Below are positions 10,780-20,695 of a stretch of 64,000 nt of DNA, piece by piece. Under the pieces are notes generated by a model. It saw only the letters and a list, made by a program, of their open reading frames with translations. It did no database searches and was not told where the DNA came from. Origin of the DNA: Gammaproteobacteria bacterium (GTDB lineage: Bacteria; Pseudomonadota; Gammaproteobacteria; Magnimaribacterales; D2472); NCBI GenBank assembly GCA_008080945.1, contig VMDH01000017.1:271-64270 (forward strand). The letters are read 5' to 3'. The position numbers and the translations under genes are program-made. Position 1 is the stretch's first letter. Each line of letters begins with the position of its first letter.

Positions 10780-11142
10780 GACTCTGCATTGAAGAAATTT
10801 TTCAATATTCCTTTCTTGGATTGGTGATAGATCCGCATCAATGATTACTAGAGGGTTTTTTTCAAGGTTAATTTGGGTCTTGATTTCTTCAAGCTTGCCT
10901 TTGCTTATATAGTGAGAAGCAGAAATCTGCCTTAATAGAAAACTACATTCAAAAATTATCTCAACATCCGATGATGCGCAGAGTTCTCTAAACTCATTTT
11001 CTTTAGAATGAGCCTCAAAGAATCTATCTAAAGATCTAAGATGAGGATGAACGATTACTGCTTTATTACTGATATTCGTATGGACTAATTAAAAATTAAT
11101 TTACCATAGATTGTATTACAATAGCTGCCTTTAATTATATAG

Positions 11143-11619
11143 ATGATTAAATTATTTCCACATATAGGTAAAACAGTAATTGTTCAAGAAGACATGTGTG
11201 ATTTTAACGGTCACATGAATGTTCTTCACATAAAAGATGTTTTTCAACAAGGGTGGGAATGGACAACCTCAGCATTTGGTTTAAATGACGAATATTTTAA
11301 TGATGGCTTCTCAACTTTTACATTAGAAGATAATTATAGATTTCAAAAAGAATTTCTCCTTGGCCAGAGTATTTTTCCAAGATTTAGGCTTCATAACCTA
11401 AACAAAAAATTATTTCATATTGTGGGAGGTCTTTTTGATGAGGCTGAGAATCTTTGTGCTATTTATGAAACAATTGAAGGACATATTGACATGAATATTC
11501 GAAAGATTGTTCCTTTCAGGGAAGACAAATTTCAAACAATGCTTGAAATAAATAAAATTCATGCCGCAACAGGCATCATCCCATTCGATATGAGACTAAA
11601 AATAAAGGACTTAACATGA
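11143..11619 (+). CDS. hotdog-fold acyl-CoA thioesterase-like protein (4HBT/YbgC type)
   Basis: The N-terminal V..EDMCDFNGHMNVLHIKDVFQQ pattern resembles the catalytic D-x-N-x-H-V-N segment of 4HBT thioesterases. Confidence 0.5.
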   Translation: MIKLFPHIGKTVIVQEDMCDFNGHMNVLHIKDVFQQGWEWTTSAFGLNDEYFNDGFSTFTLEDNYRFQKEFLLGQSIFPRFRLHNLNKKLFHIVGGLFDEAENLCAIYETIEGHIDMNIRKIVPFREDKFQTMLEINKIHAATGIIPFDMRLKIKDLT

Positions 11620-12416
11620 CAAAAAATACTTATGCTCTAATCACAGGTGCATCAGCAGGCATTGGATTTGAGCTTGCTCATCAATTTGCTGCAAAAGGCT
11701 ACAACATTGTTTTAACAGCTCGCAGAGAGGATAGGCTGCTTCAGCTTTCCAATACTCTAATGCAACAATATGGAGTAGATGCAAAATTTATTTCTGCAGA
11801 TTTATCAGATACGGATGCTCCTAAACAGATACATGATTTTTGTAAAAACAGTAACTTAGATATTGAAATATTAGTAAATAATGCTGGTTACAGCATTAAC
11901 AAAAAGTTCCACGATACCAATGAGGATGATGAAGATAAATTTTTAACTGTGCTTGGCACATCAGTGGTTCATCTAACTAAATTTTTTGTAAGAGATTTTC
12001 TAGCAAGAGGTAGTGGAAAGATTATGATGGTGTCATCTTTGGCTTCATTTGCACCTCCCTCATCTGGTTGGGGAATGATGTACGGACCAGTTAAGACTTT
12101 TGTTAATAGATTAGGCGATGCCATTAATATTAACTATAACTCCAGAGGCATTACTGCAACCAATGTTTGCCCTGGCTTTACCATCACAGAATTTCATACT
12201 GCCAGCGGCATGCAGGACAAAATGGATGCTGTGCCTAGTTTTATGAAAAAAGATGTTAAGTCTGTGGCAAGGGGTGCTGTGGAGGCAACTTTGAAAGGAA
12301 AGCAAGTTTGGGTGCCAGGTTTTCTAAATAAGTTTTTAGCTTTTTTATGCAATGTAATGCCTGCAAGGCTGATAATTAAAATCTCAGCTAGGCTTGCTGG
12401 AGGTCGATATGAGTAA
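11616..12416 (+). CDS. short-chain dehydrogenase/reductase (SDR)
   Basis: TGASAGIG cofactor motif, NNAG; ATGA overlap with the upstream gene. Confidence 0.8.
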   Translation: MTKNTYALITGASAGIGFELAHQFAAKGYNIVLTARREDRLLQLSNTLMQQYGVDAKFISADLSDTDAPKQIHDFCKNSNLDIEILVNNAGYSINKKFHDTNEDDEDKFLTVLGTSVVHLTKFFVRDFLARGSGKIMMVSSLASFAPPSSGWGMMYGPVKTFVNRLGDAININYNSRGITATNVCPGFTITEFHTASGMQDKMDAVPSFMKKDVKSVARGAVEATLKGKQVWVPGFLNKFLAFLCNVMPARLIIKISARLAGGRYE

Positions 12417-12642
12417 TATCAGCACTGAGAAAACAATTCTGCCAACCTTTTTATTATTTTTAATATTATCTTGGCCTCTCGCTGCTCATAGATTTTATCT
12501 AAGAAGATATGCTTCAGCTGTTCTTTTTATTATTACCTTTGCTGGTTTTGGAATTTGGTGGATCGTAGATTTTATTCTAATTGTTACTGGAAACATGAAA
12601 GATGATCTTGGCAATCAAGTCAAAGTTTGGGTTGAGAACTAG
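12409..12642 (+). CDS. TM2-domain small membrane protein
   Basis: Two hydrophobic helices with LAAHRFYL and GIWWIVDFILI motifs. ATG at 12409 (ATGAGTAA overlap) is preferred over the track start at 12394. Confidence 0.55.
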   Translation: MSNISTEKTILPTFLLFLILSWPLAAHRFYLRRYASAVLFIITFAGFGIWWIVDFILIVTGNMKDDLGNQVKVWVEN

Positions 12643-13292
12643 TCTTGTAGAACCGAATCTGCCACAAAGGCATTGTCTAATCTTTCTTGCCCAAACGTTG
12701 ATACAGGGCCATGCCCAGAAATAAAAATTACATCATCACCCAGCGGCCATAATTTAGTCTGAATAGAAGCCAAGAGGTCTGCATGGTTTCCTTTTGGAAG
12801 ATCAGTTCTTCCTATCGATCCTCTGAATAACACATCACCAACTATTGCGAGTTTAGAGTCGTTATTAAAAAAAATAATATGTCCGGGGGTGTGACCTGGG
12901 CAATGGAAAACCGATAATAAAGCTTCGCCTAGTATTACCTCATCCCCATCCTTCAGCCACTGTTGAGGCATACAATCGTTTGCCTCCATACCAAACATTC
13001 TTCCTTGGTCTTCCAAGCTTTGAAGTAGAAATAAATCTTCTTCGTGAGGACCAATGATGGCAATATCAAGCGTATTCGATAATTCGGTTGCACCTCCGGC
13101 ATGATCTGCATGTCCATGTGTGAGAAGAATTTTTGCTGGTATTAATTCATTTTCATGCGCAACTTGTATTAATGTTTCTATATCTCCCCCAGGATCAACA
13201 AATGCACATTGTTTTGTATTTTCACAATAGATAATGGGCGCATTTTGAGCGAAGGGCGTTACTGGGTTTATTAGGGCTTTTATCTTTGACAT
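12639..13292 (-). CDS. MBL-fold metallo-hydrolase (YcbL / glyoxalase-II-like)
   Basis: LTHGHADHAGG metal motif, CPGHTPGH, GRTDLP. ATG at 13292 is preferred to TTG at 13307. Confidence 0.8.
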   Translation of the reverse strand: MSKIKALINPVTPFAQNAPIIYCENTKQCAFVDPGGDIETLIQVAHENELIPAKILLTHGHADHAGGATELSNTLDIAIIGPHEEDLFLLQSLEDQGRMFGMEANDCMPQQWLKDGDEVILGEALLSVFHCPGHTPGHIIFFNNDSKLAIVGDVLFRGSIGRTDLPKGNHADLLASIQTKLWPLGDDVIFISGHGPVSTFGQERLDNAFVADSVLQD

Positions 13293-13329
13293 TGTTACAA
13301 TATGCAAGAAACATTATGGGAGAAGATAG

Positions 13330-14235
13330 ATGAATGTAAAGGGTCTCGAATATATTTTGATTGAAACCACTGATCTTTCAAAATGGGAGGATTATGGATT
13401 GAATGTGTGTGGGTTTATGAAAAATGAAACTGCTTCAAATTCAGAACAAATAGCTTTCAAAATTGATGAATCTCCATTCAGATTTCTTGTTACGAAAGGT
13501 AATTCAGAGCGTTACCTAGCAGGTGGCTTCTTATTGGAGGATGAAAGTGCTGTAGCTGCAGCTCAGCAAGAGCTTCATAATCATGGTGTTGAATGTGTTG
13601 AGCTTGATGAAAATCATAAAGCGGCAAGAAAGATTAGTGGGGGTTTTACATTTCAAGATCCTGCAGGCAATACACTAGAATTTATTTACGGAAGGGAACA
13701 AGACACTTCTTCTTTTGTATCTTCTCAAAACATCTCTGGATTTGTTACTCAAGGGCTTGGATTTGGCCATGTTGTTTTTGCCACCCTAAACATTGAAGAA
13801 ACTCATAATTTCTATACTGAGGTACTTGGCTTTGGTGATTCGGATATTATGGATTTGCAGATGAGCCCCAATCCTGAGGATCCCCCCATGCGTTTATACT
13901 TCATGCATTGTGATAACCCAAGACATCATACAGTTGCTTTTATGCAGGCTCCAACCCCTCCTTCTGGATTAATTCATACAATGGTTGAAGTTCAGAAAGT
14001 TGATGAAGTAGGGCATGCCCTGGACCGAGCACTAAAAAAGGATATTCATATTTCATCTAGCATGGGAAGGCATGTCAATGATGGAATGTTATCTTTTTAC
14101 ATGCAAACTCCATCTGGGTTTGATTTAGAGTATGGATGCGAGGGTATACAACCTAATTGGGAAAGTTTTGAAACCACCCATTCATCGTTGCCTAGTCACT
14201 GGGGCCATAAATTTACACCACCACCTGCAGAATAA
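13330..14235 (+). CDS. type I extradiol (catechol meta-cleavage) dioxygenase, two VOC domains; HsaC/TesB/BphC-like
   Basis: About 300 aa, GFGHVVF, HHTVAF and FDLEYG ligand contexts. SD GGGAGA upstream. Confidence 0.8.
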   Translation: MNVKGLEYILIETTDLSKWEDYGLNVCGFMKNETASNSEQIAFKIDESPFRFLVTKGNSERYLAGGFLLEDESAVAAAQQELHNHGVECVELDENHKAARKISGGFTFQDPAGNTLEFIYGREQDTSSFVSSQNISGFVTQGLGFGHVVFATLNIEETHNFYTEVLGFGDSDIMDLQMSPNPEDPPMRLYFMHCDNPRHHTVAFMQAPTPPSGLIHTMVEVQKVDEVGHALDRALKKDIHISSSMGRHVNDGMLSFYMQTPSGFDLEYGCEGIQPNWESFETTHSSLPSHWGHKFTPPPAE

Positions 14236-15107
14236 TGAACAAAGTTCACACTCTTGATCAATTTATTGCTCAGTTAGAAGATGGCATGACTATTGGTATT
14301 GGAGGTTGGGGCGCTAGAAGAAAGCCAATGGATCTTGTTAGAGCAATTTGTAGATCACCTCTAAAAGATCTAACCATAGTATCTTACGGAGGACCGGATG
14401 TAGGTTTGCTCTGCAGCGAAGGCAAGATCAAGGAGTTAGTCTTTGGGTTTGTATCTCTAGACTTAATACCACTAGAAGCACATTTTCGACAAGCGAGACA
14501 AAATGGAAATCTTAAAAATATAACAGAGCTAGATGAAGGAATGTTGCAATGGGGATTGCGAGCAGCTGCAATGCGACTTCCTTTTCTTCCCACAAAAATT
14601 GGTTTTGGTACAGATATTCTTAAACATAACTCTCATATTAAAACTATTACGTCTCCTTACTCAGACAAACAAGAGTTGGTGGCTATGCCGGCAATCCCTC
14701 TTGATGCAGCCCTGATTCATGTGAATAAAGCAGATAAAAAAGGCAATACCCAAATATTTGGACCCGATCCATTTTTTGATGACCTATTTGCAAGAGCTGC
14801 AACCAATACGTTTGTTTCTTCCGAAAAAATAGTTGATACAGACCAACTTGGCGGAGAACAAATGGCGATATTCAACAGGTTTGAAAGAAACTTTGTTACC
14901 GGTGTAATTGAGTGCCCCGGCGGGGCCCATCCAACATCTTGTGCCCCCGATTATGGTTTTGATCTTGAGCACTTAAAAAACTATTCTGCACAAGTTGAGA
15001 ATTATGCTGAATACAAAAAAGATTTTATAGATGTGAATCCTTCTGCTTATCATGAGGCAGTTGGCGGATTGCAAAAAATACTTTCAATTTCATTACCAAG
15101 ATTTTAA
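14235..15107 (+). CDS. CoA-transferase subunit alpha (IpdA/ScdL1-like)
   Basis: DGMTIGIGGWG..RKPMDLVRAI, family I CoA-transferase A-subunit pattern. TAATG junctions on both sides. Confidence 0.75.
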   Translation: MNKVHTLDQFIAQLEDGMTIGIGGWGARRKPMDLVRAICRSPLKDLTIVSYGGPDVGLLCSEGKIKELVFGFVSLDLIPLEAHFRQARQNGNLKNITELDEGMLQWGLRAAAMRLPFLPTKIGFGTDILKHNSHIKTITSPYSDKQELVAMPAIPLDAALIHVNKADKKGNTQIFGPDPFFDDLFARAATNTFVSSEKIVDTDQLGGEQMAIFNRFERNFVTGVIECPGGAHPTSCAPDYGFDLEHLKNYSAQVENYAEYKKDFIDVNPSAYHEAVGGLQKILSISLPRF

Positions 15108-15844
15108 TGGAAAATTTTAAACTCGCAGATTTATGTATTTCCCAAGCCGCAAAGGTTTGGGTTGATGATGGTGAAATACTTGCTACCGGAATAGGTCTCA
15201 TCCCAAGATTAGCGGCATATTTGTCTAAAATGGCTTTTAACGAAGCTTTAATGGTTACGGATGGTGAAACATATTTAATAGATGAGCCTTTCCCATTAGG
15301 TGTTGATAGAACACTAAAAGTTGAGGGGTACATGAGTTATAGCAGGGTATTTGAGAATCTTTGGGGGGGAGCTCGTCATGCAATGGTTACTCCAACTCAG
15401 ATTGATATGTATGCGCAAATGAACATAAGTTGCATTGGAGACTATGAAATGCCCAAAGTTCAGTTACTTGGTTCGAGAGGTTTTCCAGGGAACTCCATTA
15501 GTCATAAAAATAGTGTTTTTATCCCTGTTCACAGTAAAAAATCTTTTGTAGAAGGTGAGGTACACATGGTATCTAGCCTTGGCTATAAGGAGGATAATCT
15601 TTATGCACCGGAGATAGGAAAAGTGATCACCAACCTTGGAGTTTTTGATTTTAATGGAGATAACCATGCTTTTAGATTACTTTCAGTTCATCCTGGGGTT
15701 GAGGTTCAGGCAATCGAGGAATCTACAGGTTTTGCAGTGGATACCAGTCAATTCACTGAGACAGAGTTGCCATCTCCACAAGAAATAGAGATCATAGAGT
15801 ACTTAGATCCTAAGGGAATGAGACACAATATATTTGGGGGATAG
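15107..15844 (+). CDS. CoA-transferase subunit beta (IpdB/ScdL2-like)
   Basis: Paired with and translationally coupled to the alpha subunit. About 245 aa with LLGSRGFPGN and ..VIT.LGVF.. motifs. Confidence 0.7.
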   Translation: MENFKLADLCISQAAKVWVDDGEILATGIGLIPRLAAYLSKMAFNEALMVTDGETYLIDEPFPLGVDRTLKVEGYMSYSRVFENLWGGARHAMVTPTQIDMYAQMNISCIGDYEMPKVQLLGSRGFPGNSISHKNSVFIPVHSKKSFVEGEVHMVSSLGYKEDNLYAPEIGKVITNLGVFDFNGDNHAFRLLSVHPGVEVQAIEESTGFAVDTSQFTETELPSPQEIEIIEYLDPKGMRHNIFGG

Positions 15845-15846
15845 TT

Positions 15847-16710
15847 ATGCCAAGAGCAAAGCCAACAGTTATCTATAGGAAGCAAGAAGATATTGCTATT
15901 GTTTCTATGAATAGGCCAGAGTACAACAATGCCCAAAATGGAAAAATGACATACGATTTAGATCGTGCCTTTAAAAAAGCAGTTGATGATGATGATATTA
16001 AAGTCATAGTTTTAAAAGGAAACGGCAAGCATTTTTCTGCTGGTCATGATATTGGTACCCCCGGAAGAGATGTAGATAAATCTTACGACAGAAAAACTAT
16101 GTGGTACGACCATACCAACAAGCCCGGGGGAGAATTTTGGTACGTTAGAGAACAAGAAGTTTATTTAAATATGTGCAGACGCTGGAGAGACATACCTAAA
16201 CCCACAATTGCAATGGTTCAGGGAGCATGCGTTGCTGGAGGATGTATGCTTGCTTGGGTCTGTGATCTTATTATTGCATCCGATGATGCGTTTTTTGCTG
16301 ATCCGGTAGTTAGAATGGGTATTCCTGGCGTTGAATACTTTGCTCACCCATATGAGCTTAATCCAAGGATTGCCAAAGAATTCTTATTTTTAGGTGAAAG
16401 AATGTCTTCTACTAGGGCATATGAAATGGGAATGGTTAACCAGGTAGTTTCCAGAGATGAGCTTCAAGATAAAGTTATGGAGGTAGCTAAAAAGATAGCT
16501 GCTATGCCTAGACTGGGACTTACACTTACCAAGCAAGCCATTAATCATGCTGAGGATCTTCAAGGCAAAAGAAATGCAATGGAAGCTGCTTTTGCATGGC
16601 ATCATTTTTCTCATGCTCACAATGATTTGGTGACAGGAAATGTGTTATCAGGTTTTGATGCTAAGAAAATGGCAAAATCTCAAAGACAAAGTAAGTCTAA
16701 GAAAAAGTGA
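15847..16710 (+). CDS. enoyl-CoA hydratase/isomerase (crotonase) family, EchA20/ScdY-like
   Basis: Oxyanion-hole context FSAGHDIG and ACVAGGCMLA. Sits adjacent to the IpdAB-like pair, as in HIP clusters. Confidence 0.7.
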   Translation: MPRAKPTVIYRKQEDIAIVSMNRPEYNNAQNGKMTYDLDRAFKKAVDDDDIKVIVLKGNGKHFSAGHDIGTPGRDVDKSYDRKTMWYDHTNKPGGEFWYVREQEVYLNMCRRWRDIPKPTIAMVQGACVAGGCMLAWVCDLIIASDDAFFADPVVRMGIPGVEYFAHPYELNPRIAKEFLFLGERMSSTRAYEMGMVNQVVSRDELQDKVMEVAKKIAAMPRLGLTLTKQAINHAEDLQGKRNAMEAAFAWHHFSHAHNDLVTGNVLSGFDAKKMAKSQRQSKSKKK

Positions 16711-17768
16711 TCCAAACAGAATTATTTAAGAGGTTAGGCTCTGAGATTCCTGTAATACAAACTGCAATGGGGTGGGTTGCAACCCCCCAATTAGTTGCTG
16801 CTTCAACTCAAGCTGGCGCATTTGGTTTTTTAGCTCTTGCAACTTCAAGCAAAGATGAGGCAATAGCTTCTATAGATGAAACTCTTAGACTTACTGATAA
16901 GCCATTTGGAGTTAATTTACATATGTTCCAACCCGGAGCTGCTGAAATTATTGATTATGTAATTAAGCATCAAATTAGAGCAATTAGTTACTCAAGATCT
17001 CCTGTTCCTGAATACATTTCTAAGCTCAAAGCTGCAGGAGTTCTTTGCATTCCAACAGTTGGAGAGGTAAAACATGCTATTAAAGCTGAATCTCTTGGAG
17101 CTGATGCATTAGTGATTCAAGGGTCTGAAGGCGGTGGTCATACTGGAGAGACTCCTACCAGTCTATTGCTGAGTGAGGTACTTAAATCAGTCAAGATACC
17201 GGTGGTGGCTGCCGGTGGTTTTAGAGATGGGTTTGGTCTAGCCGCAGCCATTGCTTGGGGCGCTTCAGGAATTGCAATGGGAACTCGTTTTATGATGACT
17301 CAAGAAAGCCCCGTGCCTGATTCCACAAAAGAAGCATATCTCTCTTGTAATACCAGTGAGATTAGAGTTACTAAGAAATTCGATGGATTGCCCCACCGAT
17401 TAATATTTAACAAATATATTACATCTTTGGATAAGGCAAGTAGCCCAAGGATTTTTTTGCAAGCACTGGTTTCAGGTTGGAGATATAAGCAACTTTCTCA
17501 AGCATCCTTTAAGGACATTTTTAAAGCATTCTTTGGCATGCTTAAAGGTGATAAATTAACAATAGCTCAAACCATGATGGCGGCTAATAGCCCTGTGATT
17601 ATTCAAAAAGCCATGGTTGAGGGCAAACCCAATAGAGGGGCAATGCCAAGTGGTCAGGTGGCAGGATTAATCGTTGATTTGCCTACATGTGGCGATTTAA
17701 TAGAGCAAATTAAGAATGAATTTTTTATTGCCTCAAAAAATTTTAAGGAGATCTTAGATGAGAGTTGA
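16707..17768 (+). CDS. nitronate monooxygenase (NMO/FabK-like) family flavin oxidoreductase, IpdC-like
   Basis: IQTAMGWVA, GSEGGGHTG and AAGGF.DG..LAAA.AWGA.G..MGTRF motifs. GTGA overlap start. Confidence 0.7.
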   Translation: MIQTELFKRLGSEIPVIQTAMGWVATPQLVAASTQAGAFGFLALATSSKDEAIASIDETLRLTDKPFGVNLHMFQPGAAEIIDYVIKHQIRAISYSRSPVPEYISKLKAAGVLCIPTVGEVKHAIKAESLGADALVIQGSEGGGHTGETPTSLLLSEVLKSVKIPVVAAGGFRDGFGLAAAIAWGASGIAMGTRFMMTQESPVPDSTKEAYLSCNTSEIRVTKKFDGLPHRLIFNKYITSLDKASSPRIFLQALVSGWRYKQLSQASFKDIFKAFFGMLKGDKLTIAQTMMAANSPVIIQKAMVEGKPNRGAMPSGQVAGLIVDLPTCGDLIEQIKNEFFIASKNFKEILDES

Positions 17769-18519
17769 TCTTACCATTAATAATCATATTGCAGAGCTAG
17801 TTTTAAATGCCCCTCCAGTGAATGCCCTGAATTCTGACGAATGGCATGAGCTTGCTGATACGCTGGAACAACTTTCAGATAACAAAGACGTCCATGTATT
17901 ACTAATAAGAGCTCTTGGAAAGGGCTTCTGTGCCGGTGTTGATATAAAGGAATTACAAAAAGATCCAACAAAAATCACAGCTGTTAATGAAGGATGTTGG
18001 AGAGTTGCAAAAGCAATTCATAGCTGCTCTGTACCAGTAATTTCAGCCTGCCATGGGTTTGTTCTTGGAGGTGGCATTCTTATTTCGGGAGCTTCAGATA
18101 TTGTACTAGCCACAGAGGATGCTTTTTTTGGATTACCTGAAATTGATAGAGGGGCATTGGGAGGAGGAGCGCACTTAAGCAGATTATTTCCCCTTCAAGC
18201 TGTGAGAAAAATGATGTTTACTGGTAAACCTATTTCTGCTGAAAGAGCTCTAAGCTATGGCGCAATAGAGTCTATTCATATTGATCAGGATGCATTGTTA
18301 GCTGCTGCTATGGATATTGCAAAAGATATAGCTTCTAAAAGTCCCATTGCTATTCGACTTGCTAAAGAAGCTTTAAATGAGATAGAACCCTCAGATGTAA
18401 ATTTACATTACAAAAAAGAGCAAGCCTTCACCCTAAAATTGTATGAATCGTCAGATTCTCAAGAAGCACGAGATGCCTTTGTTGAGAAGCGTGATGCAGA
18501 TTTCTCAGATGAAAATTAA
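17758..18519 (+). CDS. enoyl-CoA hydratase/isomerase family protein
   Basis: LNAPPVNAL, GKGFCAGVDIKE, GFVLGGG, LPEIDRGALGG. Confidence 0.8.
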   Translation: MRVDLTINNHIAELVLNAPPVNALNSDEWHELADTLEQLSDNKDVHVLLIRALGKGFCAGVDIKELQKDPTKITAVNEGCWRVAKAIHSCSVPVISACHGFVLGGGILISGASDIVLATEDAFFGLPEIDRGALGGGAHLSRLFPLQAVRKMMFTGKPISAERALSYGAIESIHIDQDALLAAAMDIAKDIASKSPIAIRLAKEALNEIEPSDVNLHYKKEQAFTLKLYESSDSQEARDAFVEKRDADFSDEN

Positions 18520-19657
18520 ATTTACACAAGAACAGTCAACTTTTCGTGAAGAAGTCAGGTCTTGGATGAAGAGTAACGTTCCTTCACAGCCCTTGCATTC
18601 GCTGGATACGTCTAAAGGCTTTGAAGAGCATAGGGCTTGGGAAAAAACCCTCAATGAAGGGAATTGGTCCATGGTTACTTGGCCAAAAGAATATGGCGGA
18701 AGAGGCCTAGATTTGATTGAGTGGTTAATATTTGAAGAAGAGTATTACCGTGCAAAAGCTCCCACTAGAGTTAATCAAAATGGTGTTTTTTTGCTTGGTC
18801 CTACTCTTATGGAATACGGCTCAGAGCACCAAAAAGAAAGGTTTTTGAGTGCTATGGCGAAGGGTGAGCATATTTGGGCACAAGGTTGGTCTGAGCCAGG
18901 TGCGGGTAGCGATATGGCTGCAATAAGATCTACAGCAATAAGGGAAGAGAATAAATTTATTATCAATGGTCAGAAAACTTGGTCTTCAAGAGCAACTTAT
19001 GCAGATTGGACCTTTGGTTTGTTTAGATCTGATTCAGAATCATCAAGGCATCATGGGCTCTCTTTTATTCTTGTGCCCTTAGATGCTCCTGGAGTCACTG
19101 TTAGGCCCATCCCTCAGCTAGATGGAGAGCCAGGATTTGCAGAAATATTTTTCGATAATGTAGAGGTTCCCATAGAGAATTTAATTGGTGAAGAGGGTGC
19201 AGGCTGGAGTATTGCTATGGCTACCGCAGGGTTTGAGAGAGGCTTGATGTTAAGATCGCCCGCAAGATTTCAAGAAACTGCAGCACACTTAATCCGCATA
19301 GCTAAACAAGAATCTAATTTAGCTCCATCTATAAAAACTGCCTTAATTGATTGCTGGATAAAGGCCGAAGCCTACGCGCTAAATATTTATCAAACAGCAT
19401 CAAAACTGCAAGCCGGTAAGAAAATTGGCCCAGAATCTAGCCTTGGAAAAATTTTCTGGTCAACTTTGGACTACGAAATGCACTCTACAGCATTGAAAAT
19501 CTTAGGAACTCTTTCAGAGCTAAAGAACGAGGAAGCTTCCAATGCTGCAGCATGGATTAAGGGCTTTATGTTTTCTCTAGCTGGACCGATCTATGCAGGA
19601 ACAAATGAAATCCAAAAAAATATTGTTGCCGAAAGGCTTTTAGGGTTGCCGAGATAA
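18509..19657 (+). CDS. acyl-CoA dehydrogenase, alpha-type subunit of a heteromeric pair
   Basis: WPKEYGGRG, QGWSEPGAGSD, C-terminal YAGTNEIQKNIVAERLLGLP. ATG at 18509 (11-nt overlap) is preferred to the track start at 18443. Confidence 0.8.
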   Translation: MKIKFTQEQSTFREEVRSWMKSNVPSQPLHSLDTSKGFEEHRAWEKTLNEGNWSMVTWPKEYGGRGLDLIEWLIFEEEYYRAKAPTRVNQNGVFLLGPTLMEYGSEHQKERFLSAMAKGEHIWAQGWSEPGAGSDMAAIRSTAIREENKFIINGQKTWSSRATYADWTFGLFRSDSESSRHHGLSFILVPLDAPGVTVRPIPQLDGEPGFAEIFFDNVEVPIENLIGEEGAGWSIAMATAGFERGLMLRSPARFQETAAHLIRIAKQESNLAPSIKTALIDCWIKAEAYALNIYQTASKLQAGKKIGPESSLGKIFWSTLDYEMHSTALKILGTLSELKNEEASNAAAWIKGFMFSLAGPIYAGTNEIQKNIVAERLLGLPR

Positions 19658-20694
19658 TGAACTTTACTTTTGATAATGAATTAGAATCATTTGTTTCGAC
19701 AATCAATGATTTTATCCAGAAAGATTACACGCCCCAACATATAAGAAATGCCTGGAGTTCTGGAGATCCATTCTCTAACGAACATTGGAAGTCGATGATC
19801 AATTTAGGAGTAAGCCAAATGATTCTAGATGAAAAATTTCAAGGCATGGGCTTATCTCTTGATGAGGCAATTTTAGTTTATGAGGAATTAGCCTATGGAG
19901 GGGTCATAGAGCCTATCATTGAGCAAAGCATCCTTATCAATAATTTAGCTCATGAGTTTCCCCAGGGACTTCAGGATTTAATTGGAGAACGTCTTATTGA
20001 TCAGTATGTTGCTTTAACGCACCCATCTTCCCCATTCGTAAATCACTTAAGTCATGCATCTGGGCTTTTAAGTATTCAAAATAATGATATTTCTTTTGTT
20101 GAGTTAGAAGGTATCGAGAGTGAGTTGTTAGAATCTAATGACCCTTCACGAGTAGTTTCAAGCATTAAGAGCATAAAAAACTCTCACTCCTTTAAATTAG
20201 ATCCTTCATTAGAGAGAAAGATTGTCTCATCAGGCAAGCTTGTGTCAGCGCTAACAATAATAGGTTTATCTAGAAGATGCTTAGATATTTCCTCAGAGTA
20301 TGTTAAGACCAGAGAACAGTTTGGAAAACCTATCGGGTCTTTTCAGGCAGTCAAGCATATGCTTTCTGATATTGCAGTGAAAATAGAATTTGCAAAGGCT
20401 GCAATTTATCGAGCTGCTAATTCTATAATTTCAGATCACCCCTTACATGAATTACATTCTAATGTAGCAAAATATTTAGCTAATCAGGCCGGTGAAATTG
20501 CTACCAAGAATTCTATTCAAGCTCATGGGGCAATGGGATATACCTGGGAAGTTGATCTGCATATTTTTATGAGAAGAATTTGGGCTTTCAATTCTTTATG
20601 GGCAACACAAAGTGAAATTGAATTCGAAATAGAAAGCTTTCTTCATGAAAATACCGAAAAGCTAGGAGCAACATTTACATTTACTGAGGATTGA
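19657..20694 (+). CDS. acyl-CoA dehydrogenase family, beta-type (shorter) subunit
   Basis: REQFGKPIGSFQAVKH and IQAHGAMGYTWE motifs. Lacks the C-terminal xGTxEI segment. TAATG coupling to the alpha gene. Confidence 0.75.
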   Translation: MNFTFDNELESFVSTINDFIQKDYTPQHIRNAWSSGDPFSNEHWKSMINLGVSQMILDEKFQGMGLSLDEAILVYEELAYGGVIEPIIEQSILINNLAHEFPQGLQDLIGERLIDQYVALTHPSSPFVNHLSHASGLLSIQNNDISFVELEGIESELLESNDPSRVVSSIKSIKNSHSFKLDPSLERKIVSSGKLVSALTIIGLSRRCLDISSEYVKTREQFGKPIGSFQAVKHMLSDIAVKIEFAKAAIYRAANSIISDHPLHELHSNVAKYLANQAGEIATKNSIQAHGAMGYTWEVDLHIFMRRIWAFNSLWATQSEIEFEIESFLHENTEKLGATFTFTED

Positions 20695-20695
20695 G

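Noticed and set aside
13291-13301. Short palindromes as candidate operators: ATTGTTACAAT (13291-13301) in the divergent region before the cluster, and TAACA-N13-TGTTA (about 29858-29880) upstream of the Rieske gene.
   Set aside because: Arms of 5-6 bp in DNA that is about 65% AT are expected by chance, and I could not find a repeated shared motif. They are worth testing only if the Lrp pair is studied experimentally.
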